Positions 40,433 through 51,964 of a stretch of 64,000 nucleotides of DNA are shown here, piece after piece. Made by a program: the position numbers and the translations under genes. The DNA is from an uncultured Fibrobacteraceae bacterium. GTDB lineage: Bacteria > Krumholzibacteriota > Krumholzibacteriia > LZORAL124-64-63. The DNA is taken from contig CAYMCR010000001.1 of assembly GCA_964389015.1 (NCBI GenBank), positions 86,040 to 150,039 of the forward strand, in the 5' to 3' direction. The notes beneath the pieces were generated by a model, which was not told the origin of the DNA, made no database searches, and worked only from the letters and a program-made list of their open reading frames with translations. Each line of letters starts with the position of its first letter. The stretch's first letter is position 1.

Positions 40433-41037
40433 AGGCTTGTCTCCGGTTTCAAGAGCGACTCGGCCAGCCGGCGCGCACAGTCGGTGAGACCGTCCTCCCC
40501 CGCATCGGGCGGCACTACGATCGACTCGCCTTCGCTGGCTTCGAGACGTGTGAACGGCAGGGGCAACACGGTGCGGTCCCAGTTGCCGAGTTTCAGGTGC
40601 CAACCGCACCTGACCGTCAGCGGTACGATGGGTGCGCCCGTCAGACGCGAAAGCTGGAGCACGCCGTCGCGTACCACGCCGAAGGGACCGCGGGGCCCGT
40701 CCACGGCGATGCCGACGGCGGCGCCACCTTGCAGGGCGGCCAGCAGGCTCCGGAAAGCCCGCCCACCTTCCTTGCCGGTGGAACCGCGCACGAAGGCGTA
40801 ACCATCCCTGCGCAGCGCGCGGATGAGAATGTCCCCGTCCGGACTGCGGCTGACCAGAAGGGTGGGGCGCGCCCGCTTGACGTGGAGGATGGCCGGGATC
40901 ATGTCCCGGTGCAAACAGGCGAAGATGACGGGAGTGTCGCCCGGACGGCGGGCGGTGCCCCCGCCCACGACACGCACACTGACGGACAGGATCCCGTAGA
41001 GCACGGGCGTGAGCCATAATTTGAGGCGGCCCAGCAT
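40429..41037 (-). CDS. DUF374-family protein (LPLAT-like acyltransferase often linked to lpxK/waaA)
   Basis: 202 aa. VIFACLHRDMIPAILHV...GIAVDGPRGPFG pattern. Embedded between lpxB and lpxK. Confidence 0.5.
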   Translation of the reverse strand: MLGRLKLWLTPVLYGILSVSVRVVGGGTARRPGDTPVIFACLHRDMIPAILHVKRARPTLLVSRSPDGDILIRALRRDGYAFVRGSTGKEGGRAFRSLLAALQGGAAVGIAVDGPRGPFGVVRDGVLQLSRLTGAPIVPLTVRCGWHLKLGNWDRTVLPLPFTRLEASEGESIVVPPDAGEDGLTDCARRLAESLLKPETSL

Positions 41038-41044
41038 CAGTCTC

Positions 41045-42217
41045 CTAACCGATCAGGGATAGCGCGGCATCCGCGGCGCGAGACCAGACACCCGGCACGC
41101 CGAGCATCTCGCGCAACGCATCCACGTTCGAGGCAAAACGCGCACGTCGTGAACCATTGTTCAGCCAGTCGGCGAGATCCCGCGCCAGGTTGTCCGGCGT
41201 GGCCTCTTTCTGCACGAATTCACGCACCAGATCGCGCTCGAGGACCAGGTTCGCCAGTCCGATGCGTGGGATGCGCACGAGCCGACTGGCCACCAGGTGG
41301 TTGAAGGCCGAAGTCCGGTACGCGATCGCATGCGGGACACCCGCCAGGGCCGTTTCCAACGAAGCCGTGCCGCTGCAGACAAGGGTCAGGTCCAGTTCCG
41401 GCAGCAAACGTGCCAGGGGAGCGTCCGAAACCTCGACACCGGCGGTGAGCGCCGGAGCCAGCGTCTCGTCGTCCACACCCGGCGCGCGGCTGACGATACA
41501 TCTGAAGCTACGTTGCGGGACGAGACTCTTCAACCGTGCGACCGTCTCCAGCATCAGGGGCAGATGATGGTCGAGCTCCTGGCGACGACTGCCCGGGAGC
41601 AGCCCGACCGTCAGGACCGACGACGACGCGCAGAAGCGCATTTCCCGCGCCTTCCGATCGCGGTCGGCGCCCAACTTGTCGTATATCTCGAGTTGGGGAT
41701 GACCGAGCCAGACCGTGGGCACGCCCCGCGCCTCGAAATACGCCGGCTCGAAGGGGAGCAGGGTTCCGAGCAGATCCACGGCGCGTCGCAGCTTGCCCGC
41801 GCGCCAGCCGCCCCAGGCCCAGAGCTGCGGCGCAACCAGGTAGAAGACGGGCACGCCGCGACGCCGCGCGTGGGCGGCGAGTCCCAGGTTGAAACCGGGA
41901 GCGTCGATCGGCACGCAGAGGTCGACATCACCGGTAGACAGGTGCTGCCAAAGCTTCCGCCGCGCGCGCCAGACGGTGGGCAGAGCGGACAGTATCCCGC
42001 CGAAACCCATGATCGAGAGCGCCGACCGCTCGCACACGATCTCCACGCCGGCCGCGGCGAGGGTCTCCCCGCCGAGAGCCGTGAAACGGACGTCTGGGAG
42101 ACGTTCCCGCAGGACCCGGGCCAGCTCGGCGCCGTAGCGTTCGCCGCTGGCCTCGCCACAGGAGAGAAAGACGTGCAGGGGGGAGTCCGTCTGGTCCGGC
42201 ATGGCGCGGCTCCTCAC
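41045..42217 (-). CDS. lpxB: Lipid-A-disaccharide synthase LpxB
   Basis: VFLSCGEASGERYGAELARVLRE...GLLPGSRRQEL is the GT19 LpxB family. Confidence 0.8.
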   Translation of the reverse strand: MRSRAMPDQTDSPLHVFLSCGEASGERYGAELARVLRERLPDVRFTALGGETLAAAGVEIVCERSALSIMGFGGILSALPTVWRARRKLWQHLSTGDVDLCVPIDAPGFNLGLAAHARRRGVPVFYLVAPQLWAWGGWRAGKLRRAVDLLGTLLPFEPAYFEARGVPTVWLGHPQLEIYDKLGADRDRKAREMRFCASSSVLTVGLLPGSRRQELDHHLPLMLETVARLKSLVPQRSFRCIVSRAPGVDDETLAPALTAGVEVSDAPLARLLPELDLTLVCSGTASLETALAGVPHAIAYRTSAFNHLVASRLVRIPRIGLANLVLERDLVREFVQKEATPDNLARDLADWLNNGSRRARFASNVDALREMLGVPGVWSRAADAALSLIG

Positions 42218-42266
42218 GGGAAAACGGCGGGACGGATCCCGCCGTCATGACCACCCACCGGCGGAA

Positions 42267-43085
42267 TCAGCGTACGATGCCGCGCTCGGACCGGCGAATG
42301 AAAGCCATCAGCTCCTCGAGATGCGTATCGAGCTGACAGACCAGCGCCATCTTATCGAGGGCCTGGCTGACGTTCAAGCCACTGCGGTACAACAGCCGGT
42401 ACGCCTTCTTCAGGTTGACCAGGGCCTCTTTGCTGAAACCGCGCCGCTTCATGCCCACGCTGTTGAGGCCGGACACCTCGACGGGGCTGCCCGCCACGCG
42501 AACGAACGGAGGCACGTCCTGGGCGACGCGACTGCCGCCGCCGATAAAGGCGTGGGCGCCGATGCGAACGTACTGGTGTACGGGCGTCATGCCGCCGAGG
42601 ATCGCCCAGTCCCCGATGGTAACGTGCCCTGCCAGGTTGACGGCGTTGGCCAGGACGAGGTTGTCGCCGAGGACGCAATTGTGCGCAATGTGCACGTAGG
42701 CCATGAGCAGGTTGTTGTCACCGATACGGGTCGTCTCGTTCTCGCCCGAGGCGAGATGGACCGTGACGTATTCGCGGATCGTGTTGTAGTCGCCGATCTC
42801 CACATAGCTGACCTCGTCGGAATACTTGACATCCTGAGGGGCCAGCCCGATGACGGCGCCCGGGAAGATCTTGTTGCAGACGCCGATGCTGGTGCGCCCG
42901 TCGATCACCACCGAGGAGGCGATCTCGCAGTCAGCACCGATGGTCACGTGCGGACCGATCAAGCTGAAGGGACCTATCTTCACGTTGTGGCCGATCGTGG
43001 CCTCGGGATGCACGACCGCGGTCGGATGGATTTCCGGTTTACGTACGGGGCGCAGTTTCGACGCCCGCTTCATATTAGCTGACAA
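42267..43085 (-). CDS. lpxA: Acyl-ACP--UDP-GlcNAc O-acyltransferase LpxA
   Basis: IHPTAVVHPEATIGHNVKIGPFSLIGPHVTIGADCEI hexapeptide repeats. C-terminal helical domain. Confidence 0.85.
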   Translation of the reverse strand: MSANMKRASKLRPVRKPEIHPTAVVHPEATIGHNVKIGPFSLIGPHVTIGADCEIASSVVIDGRTSIGVCNKIFPGAVIGLAPQDVKYSDEVSYVEIGDYNTIREYVTVHLASGENETTRIGDNNLLMAYVHIAHNCVLGDNLVLANAVNLAGHVTIGDWAILGGMTPVHQYVRIGAHAFIGGGSRVAQDVPPFVRVAGSPVEVSGLNSVGMKRRGFSKEALVNLKKAYRLLYRSGLNVSQALDKMALVCQLDTHLEELMAFIRRSERGIVR

Positions 43086-43107
43086 GCTATCCTCCCCGGC
43101 TTGGATC

Positions 43108-44421
43108 TCAACGATCGACGATCGTGGACATGAGATCCGCCTCGGCTACCTTTTCCCCGTCGACGCACGCCACGCCACGCATCTTGCAGATGGGGCCGCG
43201 CATCTTGACCATCTCCAACTCGAAACGAATCTGGTCACCCGGCGTGACTGGTTTTCGGAATCTTGCGCCATCAATGCCGCTGAAGTAAACAAGTTTCGAC
43301 TCCGGATTATCAACACTACTCATCAGGAGCACGCCGCCGACCTGCGCCATGGCCTCGGTGATCAACACGCCGGGCATGATCGGATGATCCGGAAAATGTC
43401 CCTGGAAGAACGGTTCGTTCACGCTGACGTTCTTGATGCCGACGACCCGCTTGCCGCTCTCGAACTCGATGATGCGGTCGACCAGCAGGAAGGGGTAACG
43501 GTGCGGCATGACCTTCATGATGGACGCGATGTCCCAGTACTTCGGTTGGCGCTGCGGATAAATGCGCGTCGCCTTGCGTTCCTTGCGCGCCAGCAGACGC
43601 GCGAAGGCCAGATTCCCGTCGTGACCGGAACGGCGCGCGATCACGTGTCCCTGGATGGGCACGCCGACCAGCGCGAGATCACCGATGAGGTCGAGGATCT
43701 TGTGCCTGACGAACTCGTCGGGAAAGCGCAGCGGCAGATCGTTGACCAGACCACCGTTCTCCACGATGAGGGCGTTCTCCAGCGTGCCCCCCTGCCCCAG
43801 ACCCATGGACTTGAGCTTCTCCACGTCGGTGCGCATGGCGAAGGTCCGGCAGGGCGCGATCTCGCGCTTGTAGACGTCCGGCGTGATCTCGCAGCTGAAC
43901 TCCTGGATCCCGATCAGGGGATCATCGTACTCGATCTGGCACGTGATCCGGTAGGTGTCGCAAGGCACGACCTGCAGGGAAACCTCGCCATCGCTCCAGG
44001 AGATGGGCATATCGATCTGCAGGTAGTTGCTGGGCAGACCCTGGCTCACGACCCCCACGGATTCGAGCAGCTCGACATAGGCGACGGTGCTGCCGGATTT
44101 AGGCTCGGGGGGCTCCGGACCGTCGAGATCCACGTAGCAGTTCGTGACCCCCAGGCCTGCCAGGGCCGAGAGGACGTGTTCGACGGTCTGGACCTCGGCG
44201 CCGTCTGCGGCCAGCTTGGTGTTGCGCATGCCGCTGTGTTCGGCAGGGACGTTCTCGATCAGAGCCGGGATCTCCAATTGTCCTTGCGGCGTCCCGACCC
44301 GAAACACGATCCCGGTATTGGTCGGCGCCGGCAGGAAGGTAACGGTGGCCTCGGCGCCCGAATGCAGGGCGGTGCCCGTCATCTCTACTCTGTCACCCAC
44401 GGTTTTCTGCAGGTAAAGCAC
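43108..44421 (-). CDS. lpxC: Bifunctional UDP-3-O-acyl-GlcNAc deacetylase LpxC / 3-hydroxyacyl-ACP dehydratase FabZ fusion
   Basis: N-terminal LpxC ([29 protein letters not shown]...[12 protein letters not shown]). C-terminal FabZ hot-dog ([47 protein letters not shown]). 437 aa. Confidence 0.85.
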   Translation of the reverse strand: MLYLQKTVGDRVEMTGTALHSGAEATVTFLPAPTNTGIVFRVGTPQGQLEIPALIENVPAEHSGMRNTKLAADGAEVQTVEHVLSALAGLGVTNCYVDLDGPEPPEPKSGSTVAYVELLESVGVVSQGLPSNYLQIDMPISWSDGEVSLQVVPCDTYRITCQIEYDDPLIGIQEFSCEITPDVYKREIAPCRTFAMRTDVEKLKSMGLGQGGTLENALIVENGGLVNDLPLRFPDEFVRHKILDLIGDLALVGVPIQGHVIARRSGHDGNLAFARLLARKERKATRIYPQRQPKYWDIASIMKVMPHRYPFLLVDRIIEFESGKRVVGIKNVSVNEPFFQGHFPDHPIMPGVLITEAMAQVGGVLLMSSVDNPESKLVYFSGIDGARFRKPVTPGDQIRFELEMVKMRGPICKMRGVACVDGEKVAEADLMSTIVDR

Positions 44422-44422
44422 G

Positions 44423-45451
44423 TCAGCTCTCCTCGTCCTCGACGCCCACTATCTCTTCCAGCCGGGACAGGCGTTGCTGGAATTCCGGCAGGCGGTGCGT
44501 GAGCGCCACCAGCTTGAAGGCGCGCCGGGATTCCACGGCTGGATAGCCGAAGACCTTCTCGCCGCTCGGCACATCGCGCGTGAGTCCGGATTTTCCCGCT
44601 ACTTTCGCGCCGTCGCCAAGTGTTAAATGGTCCCCCATGCCCACCTGTCCACCCATGGCGACGCCGTCGCCCACCACACAGCTGCCGGAAATGCCCGTCT
44701 GGGCCGATATGGCGGTATTGGCGCCGATACGCACGTTGTGGGCGATCTGCACCAGATTGTCGATCTTCGTTCCGGCCCCGATGTGCGTTTCACCCGTCGT
44801 GGCCCGGTCGACGCAGCTGTTGGCGCCGATCTCCACGCGGTCCTCCAGCACGACGATCCCGATCTGGGGGATGCGTACCAGACCCTCGGAGCCCGGATGG
44901 TAGCCGAAACCGTCGCTGCCGATGACCACGCCGGGATGCAGGATCACGTCTCGTCCCAGACGGCAGCCTTCGCGGATGGTGACATGCGCGTGGATCAGAC
45001 AGTCCGCGGCGATCCGTACGTTCGGTTCGATCACGACCTGGGCGCCGATCCGGACGCCCGATGCAAGCTCCACACCCGGTCCGATGACCGCGTAGGCGCC
45101 GATCGAAGCCACGTCTCCCAGCTTGGCGTCTTCGTGCACGAGGGCGGTGTGATGGATGCCGGGCGGGAAGGTGTCCGTCAGCGCGGGGGCGAAGAGCTGC
45201 AGGATGCGGCTGAAGGTGGCGCGGGGGTCGGCGGCGCGTAGGACCGGCAAGGTGCAGGCCACGTCGCGCCTCACGACGGCGGCCGACGCGCCGGTATGTT
45301 CGAGATCTTCGCAACGACGCCCGTTCTCGGCGAAGGTGATGTCGCCGGACTGCGCCTCGGAGATCCCTGCCGCGCCCCGGATCTCGGGATCGTCATCCCC
45401 GTCCCTGGGAACGCCCAGCAACCGGGAAAGCTCGCTCAGCCGATAAGCCAT
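44423..45451 (-). CDS. lpxD: UDP-3-O-acylglucosamine N-acyltransferase LpxD
   Basis: [13 protein letters not shown]...SGDITF N-terminus aligns with LpxD. Long hexapeptide-repeat core. Start chosen at the MAYRL ATG, 1 nt after the skp stop. Confidence 0.8.
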   Translation of the reverse strand: MAYRLSELSRLLGVPRDGDDDPEIRGAAGISEAQSGDITFAENGRRCEDLEHTGASAAVVRRDVACTLPVLRAADPRATFSRILQLFAPALTDTFPPGIHHTALVHEDAKLGDVASIGAYAVIGPGVELASGVRIGAQVVIEPNVRIAADCLIHAHVTIREGCRLGRDVILHPGVVIGSDGFGYHPGSEGLVRIPQIGIVVLEDRVEIGANSCVDRATTGETHIGAGTKIDNLVQIAHNVRIGANTAISAQTGISGSCVVGDGVAMGGQVGMGDHLTLGDGAKVAGKSGLTRDVPSGEKVFGYPAVESRRAFKLVALTHRLPEFQQRLSRLEEIVGVEDEES

Positions 45452-45452
45452 G

Positions 45453-46001
45453 CTACTCTTCCACACCACGCATGAGCGTCGCCAGGACGCGATCCGTCAG
45501 ATCCACGTCGGGATCGATGTAGACGGTGGTCAGGGCCGCCGTATCGACGATGATACCGAATCCCTCTTCCTTGCCCACTCTCTCCGCGATGAGTTTCACC
45601 TGGTCGATGATCGGCTGGATCTTTTCCTTGTACTCGTTTTCGGCCTTGGTCTCGAGGGACTCGCGGAAAGTGAAGTATTCGCTCTTGAGATTCTCGAAGT
45701 CCTGCATCTTCTGGCTCAGGGCGTCCTCCCCCAGCAGCATGCGCTGGCTCTCGATCTCCTCCGCCATGCGCTGCAGTTCCGTCTCACGATCCGTGATGTC
45801 CTGCTCCAGATCCTGCAGGAACTTCTGGTACTGGGTCTGGGCGTCCTTGGCAGCGCCGTATTCCTGCACGATGCGCTCCGAATCGATGACACCCAGGGGT
45901 TTGGCGTCCGCGGCGAGTGCTGCGGCGGGCGTGAGGCTCAGCAGGAACGCCAGAGCCAATGCTGGGAATACGAACGTCTTCATGAATCTGTTCATCATCA
46001 A
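45453..46001 (-). CDS. skp: Periplasmic chaperone Skp/OmpH
   Basis: Signal peptide. Coiled-coil Lys/Glu/Gln-rich 160-aa body. Located between bamA and lpxD as in the canonical bamA-skp-lpxD cluster. Confidence 0.7.
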   Translation of the reverse strand: MMMNRFMKTFVFPALALAFLLSLTPAAALAADAKPLGVIDSERIVQEYGAAKDAQTQYQKFLQDLEQDITDRETELQRMAEEIESQRMLLGEDALSQKMQDFENLKSEYFTFRESLETKAENEYKEKIQPIIDQVKLIAERVGKEEGFGIIVDTAALTTVYIDPDVDLTDRVLATLMRGVEE

Positions 46002-46043
46002 CTCCTCGCACTGGGGCGCTGCCGCAGCACGTGTTTGACACCC

Positions 46044-48356
46044 CTAGAAGAAGGTGCCGAAATTGAAGTGCGGTTCCCAGCCGGGACCGCCTGCTCGATC
46101 GAAACCGTACCCATAATCGAACCCGATGGTCCCCATCATGGGCACTTCGACCCGTATACCGAAACCGGCGCCCTTGCGCAGGTTCGTGAAATCAGCCTCG
46201 CCGAAACTGTTCCAGGTATCTCCCTGATCGATGAAACCTAGCAGTTGCACCGCCTGCGTCAAGGGGTAGAGGATCTCCGAACTCATGATCGTATAGAACC
46301 GACCACCGATGAAGCCGGGATTTCCGCGGGGCACGACCTCCAGATCACGGTAGCCCCGCAGCGGATAGATGCGGTTGCCGCCCAGTCGGAACTTCTCATA
46401 GTCGGGCACGCCGTCGGGATCGGACAGTCCGTGGATCAGCCCCATGGCGGTCTTCAGATGCAGGGCGAAGCCCCCGGGCAGCTTCTGGTAGTAGGAGTGC
46501 TTCAGAAGATGCTTCTGATACTCGATTTCACCAGCTAACATCCCGCCCGAGAGCTCCACGCTGTAGTTGGAGCGCGAGCCGGCGGTCGGGAAGAACGGGT
46601 TGTCGGTCGAATTGCGGGAGAAGCTCAGGGTCACGGCGCTCTTGGTGCGCGGCCAGTCGACTTCGTCGAGTCGCTCGAATTCCATATCCTCGGCGCCGAC
46701 CTGAGCCTCCAGGCGGTCCAGATAGTCGATGTAGCCGAAGCTGAAGTTGGACAGGCGGGTCTCCGAGAGCTCGTAGCGCAGGCCGACGCGGCTGTAGCGG
46801 GTGCCTGGAATGCGGCGACCAAGACGCGTGGCCAGACCCTTGATCCGGCTCTCGTAGAAATCGTCGAAGTTGTACTGGTACCGGTCGAAGAGATCGACGC
46901 CCACGAGCATGGGGTGCCCCATGAACCAGGGTTCGGTGAAGTTCAGATCCACATAGCGCTGGCGGCTGCCGAACTGCCAGGCCAGGCCGATGTTCTGACC
47001 CTTGCCGCGGAAATTCGTCTCCGCGATCTGGATGAAACCGGTGGCCGAGGTCTGGGCGTTGTAGGCCATGCCGAAACTGAACTGGCCGGTCTGCTTCTCC
47101 TTGACCTTCATGACCAGATCGATGTCCCCGGCCGTGTCCGCCGGCCGGAAGTCCACCTGGACGTCCTCGAAGTACCCCAGTTGGAAGATGTCGCGCTGGG
47201 ACAGACCCACCAGGGAATTGCTGAAGAGATCGCCGGGAAAGACGTGCATCTCGCGCAGGATCACGTTGTCGTAGGTCTTGAGGTTGTCGACGATCGCCAC
47301 GTCGCGCACCCGCGCCGGCTCCCCCTCCTGGAAGCGGAAGGTCACGTCGACGACGTCCTCGTGAATGTCCCGCTCCGGCTCGATGGTGATGTAGATGTAC
47401 CCACTGTCCCAGTAGAGGGAATGCAGGACCTGGACCGTTTCCTGATAGTCGCCCTCGCGGAAGATGTCGTCCTTCTCCAACAGGATGAGCCGCGCCACGG
47501 CGATATCGTCGAAGACGGTGTTGCCCTCCCAGTTGATCTGGCCGACGGTGTACAGAGGCCCCTCGTCGATGTGGAGCAGCAGGTCGAGGCGTTCGTTGTT
47601 CTCGACGAATTCCAGGTCCACGTTCGTCACGGCCGCGTCCAGATGACCGTGGTCCTGGTAATGGGCGACGAGGCGTTGCTTGTCCTCCTCGAATTGCTGT
47701 TTCTTGAAGGTGGCGCTCTTGAGGAAGCCGCCGGTGCTCTGTTTCATCTCGCCGCGCAGGTCGTCGTCGCTGAAGACAGTGTTGCCCGTGAATGCGATGG
47801 TGCGGGCCTTGACCTTGCGGCCCTCGTCGATGGTGACGACCAGATTCTGGAGGTTGCTGGCATCGACCAGCGACGAGTCCAGATGGGCCGACATGTTGTA
47901 ATAGCCCTTCTCCAGATAGAGTTCGCGTAGCGGCGCCAGTTCGCGGACCAGCACGGCCGGGTTGGCGAACTGGCCCACCGAGGGACCGAAGGCGTCGCGC
48001 AGGTCGTCGTCCTTGATCTTGTCGTTCCCCCTGAAGGAGATCTGCTTGATACGGGGGAATTCGTCCAGGTTGAAGATGAGACGCACTCCCGCGTCCTCAT
48101 CCTGGCGATAGACGAAGATGTCGGCGAACTTGCCGGTCTCGAAAAGTTTGCGGATGGCGGCGGCCACGACCTCGCTAGAGAAGGTGTCCCCCTCCTCCAG
48201 TTCCGACCAGGCTCTGACCTGTCGCGCGCCGACCGTGCGGGCGCCGACGACGTCGATGGCGGAAATGGTCTGTTCGGCCGTCTGGGCGGAGAGTGCGCTG
48301 GCAAAGAGCAGCAGCAGGAGCCAGGGCCCCGCCCGCATATAGCACTTTCGTTTCAT
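46044..48356 (-). CDS. bamA: Outer membrane protein assembly factor BamA
   Basis: Start MKRKCYMRAGPWLLLLLFASALSA. POTRA repeats then a C-terminal beta-barrel ending GWEPHFNFGTFF. Confidence 0.85.
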   Translation of the reverse strand: MKRKCYMRAGPWLLLLLFASALSAQTAEQTISAIDVVGARTVGARQVRAWSELEEGDTFSSEVVAAAIRKLFETGKFADIFVYRQDEDAGVRLIFNLDEFPRIKQISFRGNDKIKDDDLRDAFGPSVGQFANPAVLVRELAPLRELYLEKGYYNMSAHLDSSLVDASNLQNLVVTIDEGRKVKARTIAFTGNTVFSDDDLRGEMKQSTGGFLKSATFKKQQFEEDKQRLVAHYQDHGHLDAAVTNVDLEFVENNERLDLLLHIDEGPLYTVGQINWEGNTVFDDIAVARLILLEKDDIFREGDYQETVQVLHSLYWDSGYIYITIEPERDIHEDVVDVTFRFQEGEPARVRDVAIVDNLKTYDNVILREMHVFPGDLFSNSLVGLSQRDIFQLGYFEDVQVDFRPADTAGDIDLVMKVKEKQTGQFSFGMAYNAQTSATGFIQIAETNFRGKGQNIGLAWQFGSRQRYVDLNFTEPWFMGHPMLVGVDLFDRYQYNFDDFYESRIKGLATRLGRRIPGTRYSRVGLRYELSETRLSNFSFGYIDYLDRLEAQVGAEDMEFERLDEVDWPRTKSAVTLSFSRNSTDNPFFPTAGSRSNYSVELSGGMLAGEIEYQKHLLKHSYYQKLPGGFALHLKTAMGLIHGLSDPDGVPDYEKFRLGGNRIYPLRGYRDLEVVPRGNPGFIGGRFYTIMSSEILYPLTQAVQLLGFIDQGDTWNSFGEADFTNLRKGAGFGIRVEVPMMGTIGFDYGYGFDRAGGPGWEPHFNFGTFF

Positions 48357-48613
48357 CCCGTCTTTCCGGTTCGTGTTGCGTCGGCCTGCGGATCCTGTCG
48401 CGGTCCCGCTCGGGCCGGGGCATGGTAACAGAGGGTTTTGCACCTGGCAACTCTGCGGCGCGACGTCCTTGTACGCGGTCGCATAACCGGGGTTCCCGGC
48501 CGGAAGCGGATAACGATGCGGCAAATACGGAGGGAAAGCAAGGACGGGAAGCCGTGGCTTCCCGTCCCTATCGGGGGGCGCTCGTTTTCGTCCCGGCCCC
48601 GGTCAGCTCCCGG

Positions 48614-51097
48614 TCATTCCGGGACGGGCGGTGCTTCGCTGACCACGGCGGGTTCCGGATCCTCCCCGCTGGGCTTGATGGTGGAGAAAACCAACTCTTC
48701 GTTGCCGGCGCTGACCGAGACGCGGCTATTGTGGGATATCTCGCCGCGCAGCAGTTTCTCGCTCAGGGGATCCTCCACGTATCTCTGGATGGACCGGCGC
48801 AGCGGCCGCGCGCCCTGCTCCGGATCGTGGCCCACGCGGCAGAGGAAATCCTTGGCCTCGTCGGAGAAGTCGAAGACGATTTCCATGTTCCGCAGACGCG
48901 TGTTGACGTCGCTGAGCAGGATCTCGACGATCTGGTGCATGTCCTCCAGATGCAGCGAGCGGAAGAAGATCAACTCGTCCACCCGATTGAGGAACTCGGG
49001 GCTGAAGGTCTTGCGCAGGTCCAGATCGATGGCCGACTTGATGCGGACATCCGTGGCTTCCTTCTCCTCGGAGCCGAAGCCCAGGGCCTTGCTGTCCTTG
49101 GACCGGCGACTGCCCACGTTGGAGGTCATGATCAGCACCGTGTTCTTGAAGTCCACCGTGCGACCGAAGCTGTCGGTGAGCTGCCCGTCCTCGAGCACCT
49201 GCAGCAGGATGTTGAAGACGTCGGGATGGGCCTTCTCGATCTCGTCGAGCAGGATCACCGAGTAGGGCTTGCGGCGCACCTTCTCGGTGAGCATGCCGCC
49301 CTCGTCGTAGCCAACGTAGCCCGGAGGCGCGCCCACCAGTCTCGAGACGGCGAACTTCTCCATGTACTCGCTCATGTCCACGCGGATCAGCGAGGACTGG
49401 TCGCCGAACATGAATTCGGCCAGACGTCGCGCCACTTCGGTCTTGCCCACGCCGGTCGGACCGGTGAAGAGGAAGGACCCGATCGGACGCCGCGGGTCGC
49501 GCAGGCCGGCCCGGTTGCGACGGATGGCTTTCGACACCGCGTCGAGCGCATCGTCCTGACCGATGATCCACTTGCGCATCTCGTCTTCCATGCGCAGCAG
49601 CTTCTCGGTCTCCTCTTCCTCGACTTCCGCCACGGGAATACCCGTAATGTCGGCGATGACCCGGCACACCAGACGTATGTCCACTTTGGCCGAGTTGTCG
49701 CTGGACTCGATCTTCCAGCTCTTCTTCATGTCCGCCAGCCGGGTCCGCAACTCCTTTTCGTCGTCGCGATAGCTGGCCGCCTTCTCGAATTCCTGGGCCT
49801 GGATGGACGCTTCCTTCTCCTTGACCACCTCGTGGATCTGGGACTCGATATCGCGCAGATCGGGCGGCATGACGGCCATCGAGAGGCGGGCCCGCGAACC
49901 GGCCTCGTCGATCACGTCGATGGCCTTGTCGGGCAGGGCGCGTGCCGAAATGTAGCGGTTCGACAGCCACACGGCGGCCTTGATGGCTTCATCCTCGAAC
50001 TTGACCCGGTGGTGGGCCTCGTAACGGTCGCGCAGACCGAAGAGGATCTCGACCGTTTCCGCTTCGGTCGGTTGGTTCACGATGATGGTCTGGAAGCGTC
50101 GCTCCAGGGCGCCGTCCTTCTCGATGAACTTGCGGTACTCGTCCATGGTGGTGGCGCCGATGCACTGGATCTCGCCGCGCGAGAGGGCGGGCTTGAGCAT
50201 GTTGGAGGCGTCGATGGCGCCTTCCGCGCCGCCCGCACCAACGATGGTGTGCAGCTCGTCGATGAAGAGGATGATATCCTCGGATTCGCGTATCTCGGCC
50301 ATTATCTGCTTGAGCCGCTCCTCGAACTGGCCGCGGTATTTGGTACCGGCAACGACACTTGCGAGGTCCAGCGAAATGATCATCTTGCTGCGCAGGGTGA
50401 CCGGCACCTGCCCGTCGACGATGGACGACGCGAGCCCCTCGGCGATGGCCGTCTTGCCGACCCCCGGTTCACCGATTAGTACCGGATTGTTCTTCTTGCG
50501 CCGCGAAAGGATCTGAATGACGCGTTCGATCTCGGGCACGCGGCCGATGGTCGGATCGAGCTTCCCGTCGGCGGCCATCTGCGTCAGGTTGCGGCCGAAC
50601 TGGTCCAGTACGGGCGTTTCCTGCTTCTTCGCATCAGGCGTGTTCTCCCGGGGGCGGTCGGTGGTGCCCAGCATCTTCAGCACCTCGCGCCTGACCCGCT
50701 CGTGATCCGCACCCAGATCGTTCAGCACACGCGCCGCCACGCCCTCACCCTCCTTGATCAGGGCCAGCAGCAGGTGTTCGGTGCCCACGTAGTTGTGGTT
50801 GTGGACGCGCGCCTCGTCGATGGAGATCTCCAGCACGCGCTTGGCCCGCGGTGTGAATGGTATCTCGCCGATGGTGATGGTGCCGCTCTGGGAATTGATG
50901 ATCTCGTCGATCGCCTGCTGTATCTGGACGAAATCCACGCCCAGTCGCTGCAGGACGCGCGAGGCGATCCCCTCACCCTCCCTGATGATGCCGAGCAGCA
51001 GATGTTCGGTTCCGATGTAATCGTGTTGCATGCGCCCGGCTTCGTCACGGGCCAAGAAAAGCACCTTGCGTACTCGCTGGGTAAAGCGGTCGTTCAT
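48614..51097 (-). CDS. clpC: ATP-dependent Clp protease ATP-binding subunit ClpC
   Basis: Double Clp_N repeats ([16 protein letters not shown]...; [16 protein letters not shown]...), two AAA+ modules ([15 protein letters not shown]; [15 protein letters not shown]), ClpB_D2-small C-terminus. 827 aa. Confidence 0.85.
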   Translation of the reverse strand: MNDRFTQRVRKVLFLARDEAGRMQHDYIGTEHLLLGIIREGEGIASRVLQRLGVDFVQIQQAIDEIINSQSGTITIGEIPFTPRAKRVLEISIDEARVHNHNYVGTEHLLLALIKEGEGVAARVLNDLGADHERVRREVLKMLGTTDRPRENTPDAKKQETPVLDQFGRNLTQMAADGKLDPTIGRVPEIERVIQILSRRKKNNPVLIGEPGVGKTAIAEGLASSIVDGQVPVTLRSKMIISLDLASVVAGTKYRGQFEERLKQIMAEIRESEDIILFIDELHTIVGAGGAEGAIDASNMLKPALSRGEIQCIGATTMDEYRKFIEKDGALERRFQTIIVNQPTEAETVEILFGLRDRYEAHHRVKFEDEAIKAAVWLSNRYISARALPDKAIDVIDEAGSRARLSMAVMPPDLRDIESQIHEVVKEKEASIQAQEFEKAASYRDDEKELRTRLADMKKSWKIESSDNSAKVDIRLVCRVIADITGIPVAEVEEEETEKLLRMEDEMRKWIIGQDDALDAVSKAIRRNRAGLRDPRRPIGSFLFTGPTGVGKTEVARRLAEFMFGDQSSLIRVDMSEYMEKFAVSRLVGAPPGYVGYDEGGMLTEKVRRKPYSVILLDEIEKAHPDVFNILLQVLEDGQLTDSFGRTVDFKNTVLIMTSNVGSRRSKDSKALGFGSEEKEATDVRIKSAIDLDLRKTFSPEFLNRVDELIFFRSLHLEDMHQIVEILLSDVNTRLRNMEIVFDFSDEAKDFLCRVGHDPEQGARPLRRSIQRYVEDPLSEKLLRGEISHNSRVSVSAGNEELVFSTIKPSGEDPEPAVVSEAPPVPE

Positions 51098-51260
51098 GCT
51101 GTCGCGCCTCCATTCGCATTGCTCTGCGGCAGAGTCCCGGCGGGGGCCGTTATGTCTGCCGATAATATACGGTACACCCACCGCATCGACCACCGACGGT
51201 GTGGCATCATATCATAGTATCGTACGATCAGGCCCCGACTTGAGGAATCCTGCGTTTCAA

Positions 51261-51950
51261 TCAAGTGGAAATTTCAGCGGGCACGAGACGCCCCTCGGTC
51301 AGCAGGAGACGACGATCGGCTTTCGTCGCGAGAGCGTGGGAGTGGGTCACGACGATCAGCGAGCTGCCGGACGCGTGCGCGAGATCGAAAAGGGTATCCG
51401 CCAGCTCGGCGCCCAGTCGGCGGTCCAGATTGCCGGTGGGTTCGTCCGCCATGACCACGGCCGGTTCGTTCATGAAGGCGCGGGCCACGGCGACACGTTG
51501 CTCCTCGCCGCCGGACAGCTCACCCGGCAAGTGAGAGCAGCGGTCGGACAGGCCCATCCTCGCCATGAGTTCCTCGGCGCGAGCGATGGCCTTGTCATCC
51601 ACCCGCCCCGCCATGCGTACCGGCAGCAGGACGTTCTCCAGGGCCGTGAAATCGGGCAGCAGGAAATGGAACTGGAATACGAAACCGACGTGTGCCCGCC
51701 GCCAGTCGCTCCAGACCGCGGGTTTCGCTCCGCTCAGACACGTGCCGCGAAACTCGATCGAGCCCTCGCTGGCGTCATCGAGTCCGCTGAGCAGATTCAG
51801 CAGGGTGCTCTTGCCGGCCCCGCTGGCGCCCATGACGGCGACGCTCTCGCCCGCGGCCAGCTCGAAATCGCATCCTTTCAGGACCGTCAGGTCTCCCCCG
51901 GATCTCGGGAACACCTTGCCCAGCCCGCGACACGACAGCAGATTCGGCAC
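51261..51950 (-). CDS. lolD: Lipoprotein-releasing system ATP-binding protein LolD
   Basis: GTG start with a GGGAG RBS. Walker A GASGAGKSTLLNLLSGLD, ABC signature LSGGEEQRVAVARAF, Walker B VVMADEPTGNLD. Confidence 0.8.
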   Translation of the reverse strand: MPNLLSCRGLGKVFPRSGGDLTVLKGCDFELAAGESVAVMGASGAGKSTLLNLLSGLDDASEGSIEFRGTCLSGAKPAVWSDWRRAHVGFVFQFHFLLPDFTALENVLLPVRMAGRVDDKAIARAEELMARMGLSDRCSHLPGELSGGEEQRVAVARAFMNEPAVVMADEPTGNLDRRLGAELADTLFDLAHASGSSLIVVTHSHALATKADRRLLLTEGRLVPAEIST

Positions 51951-51964
51951 GTCAACTCCCGAGA

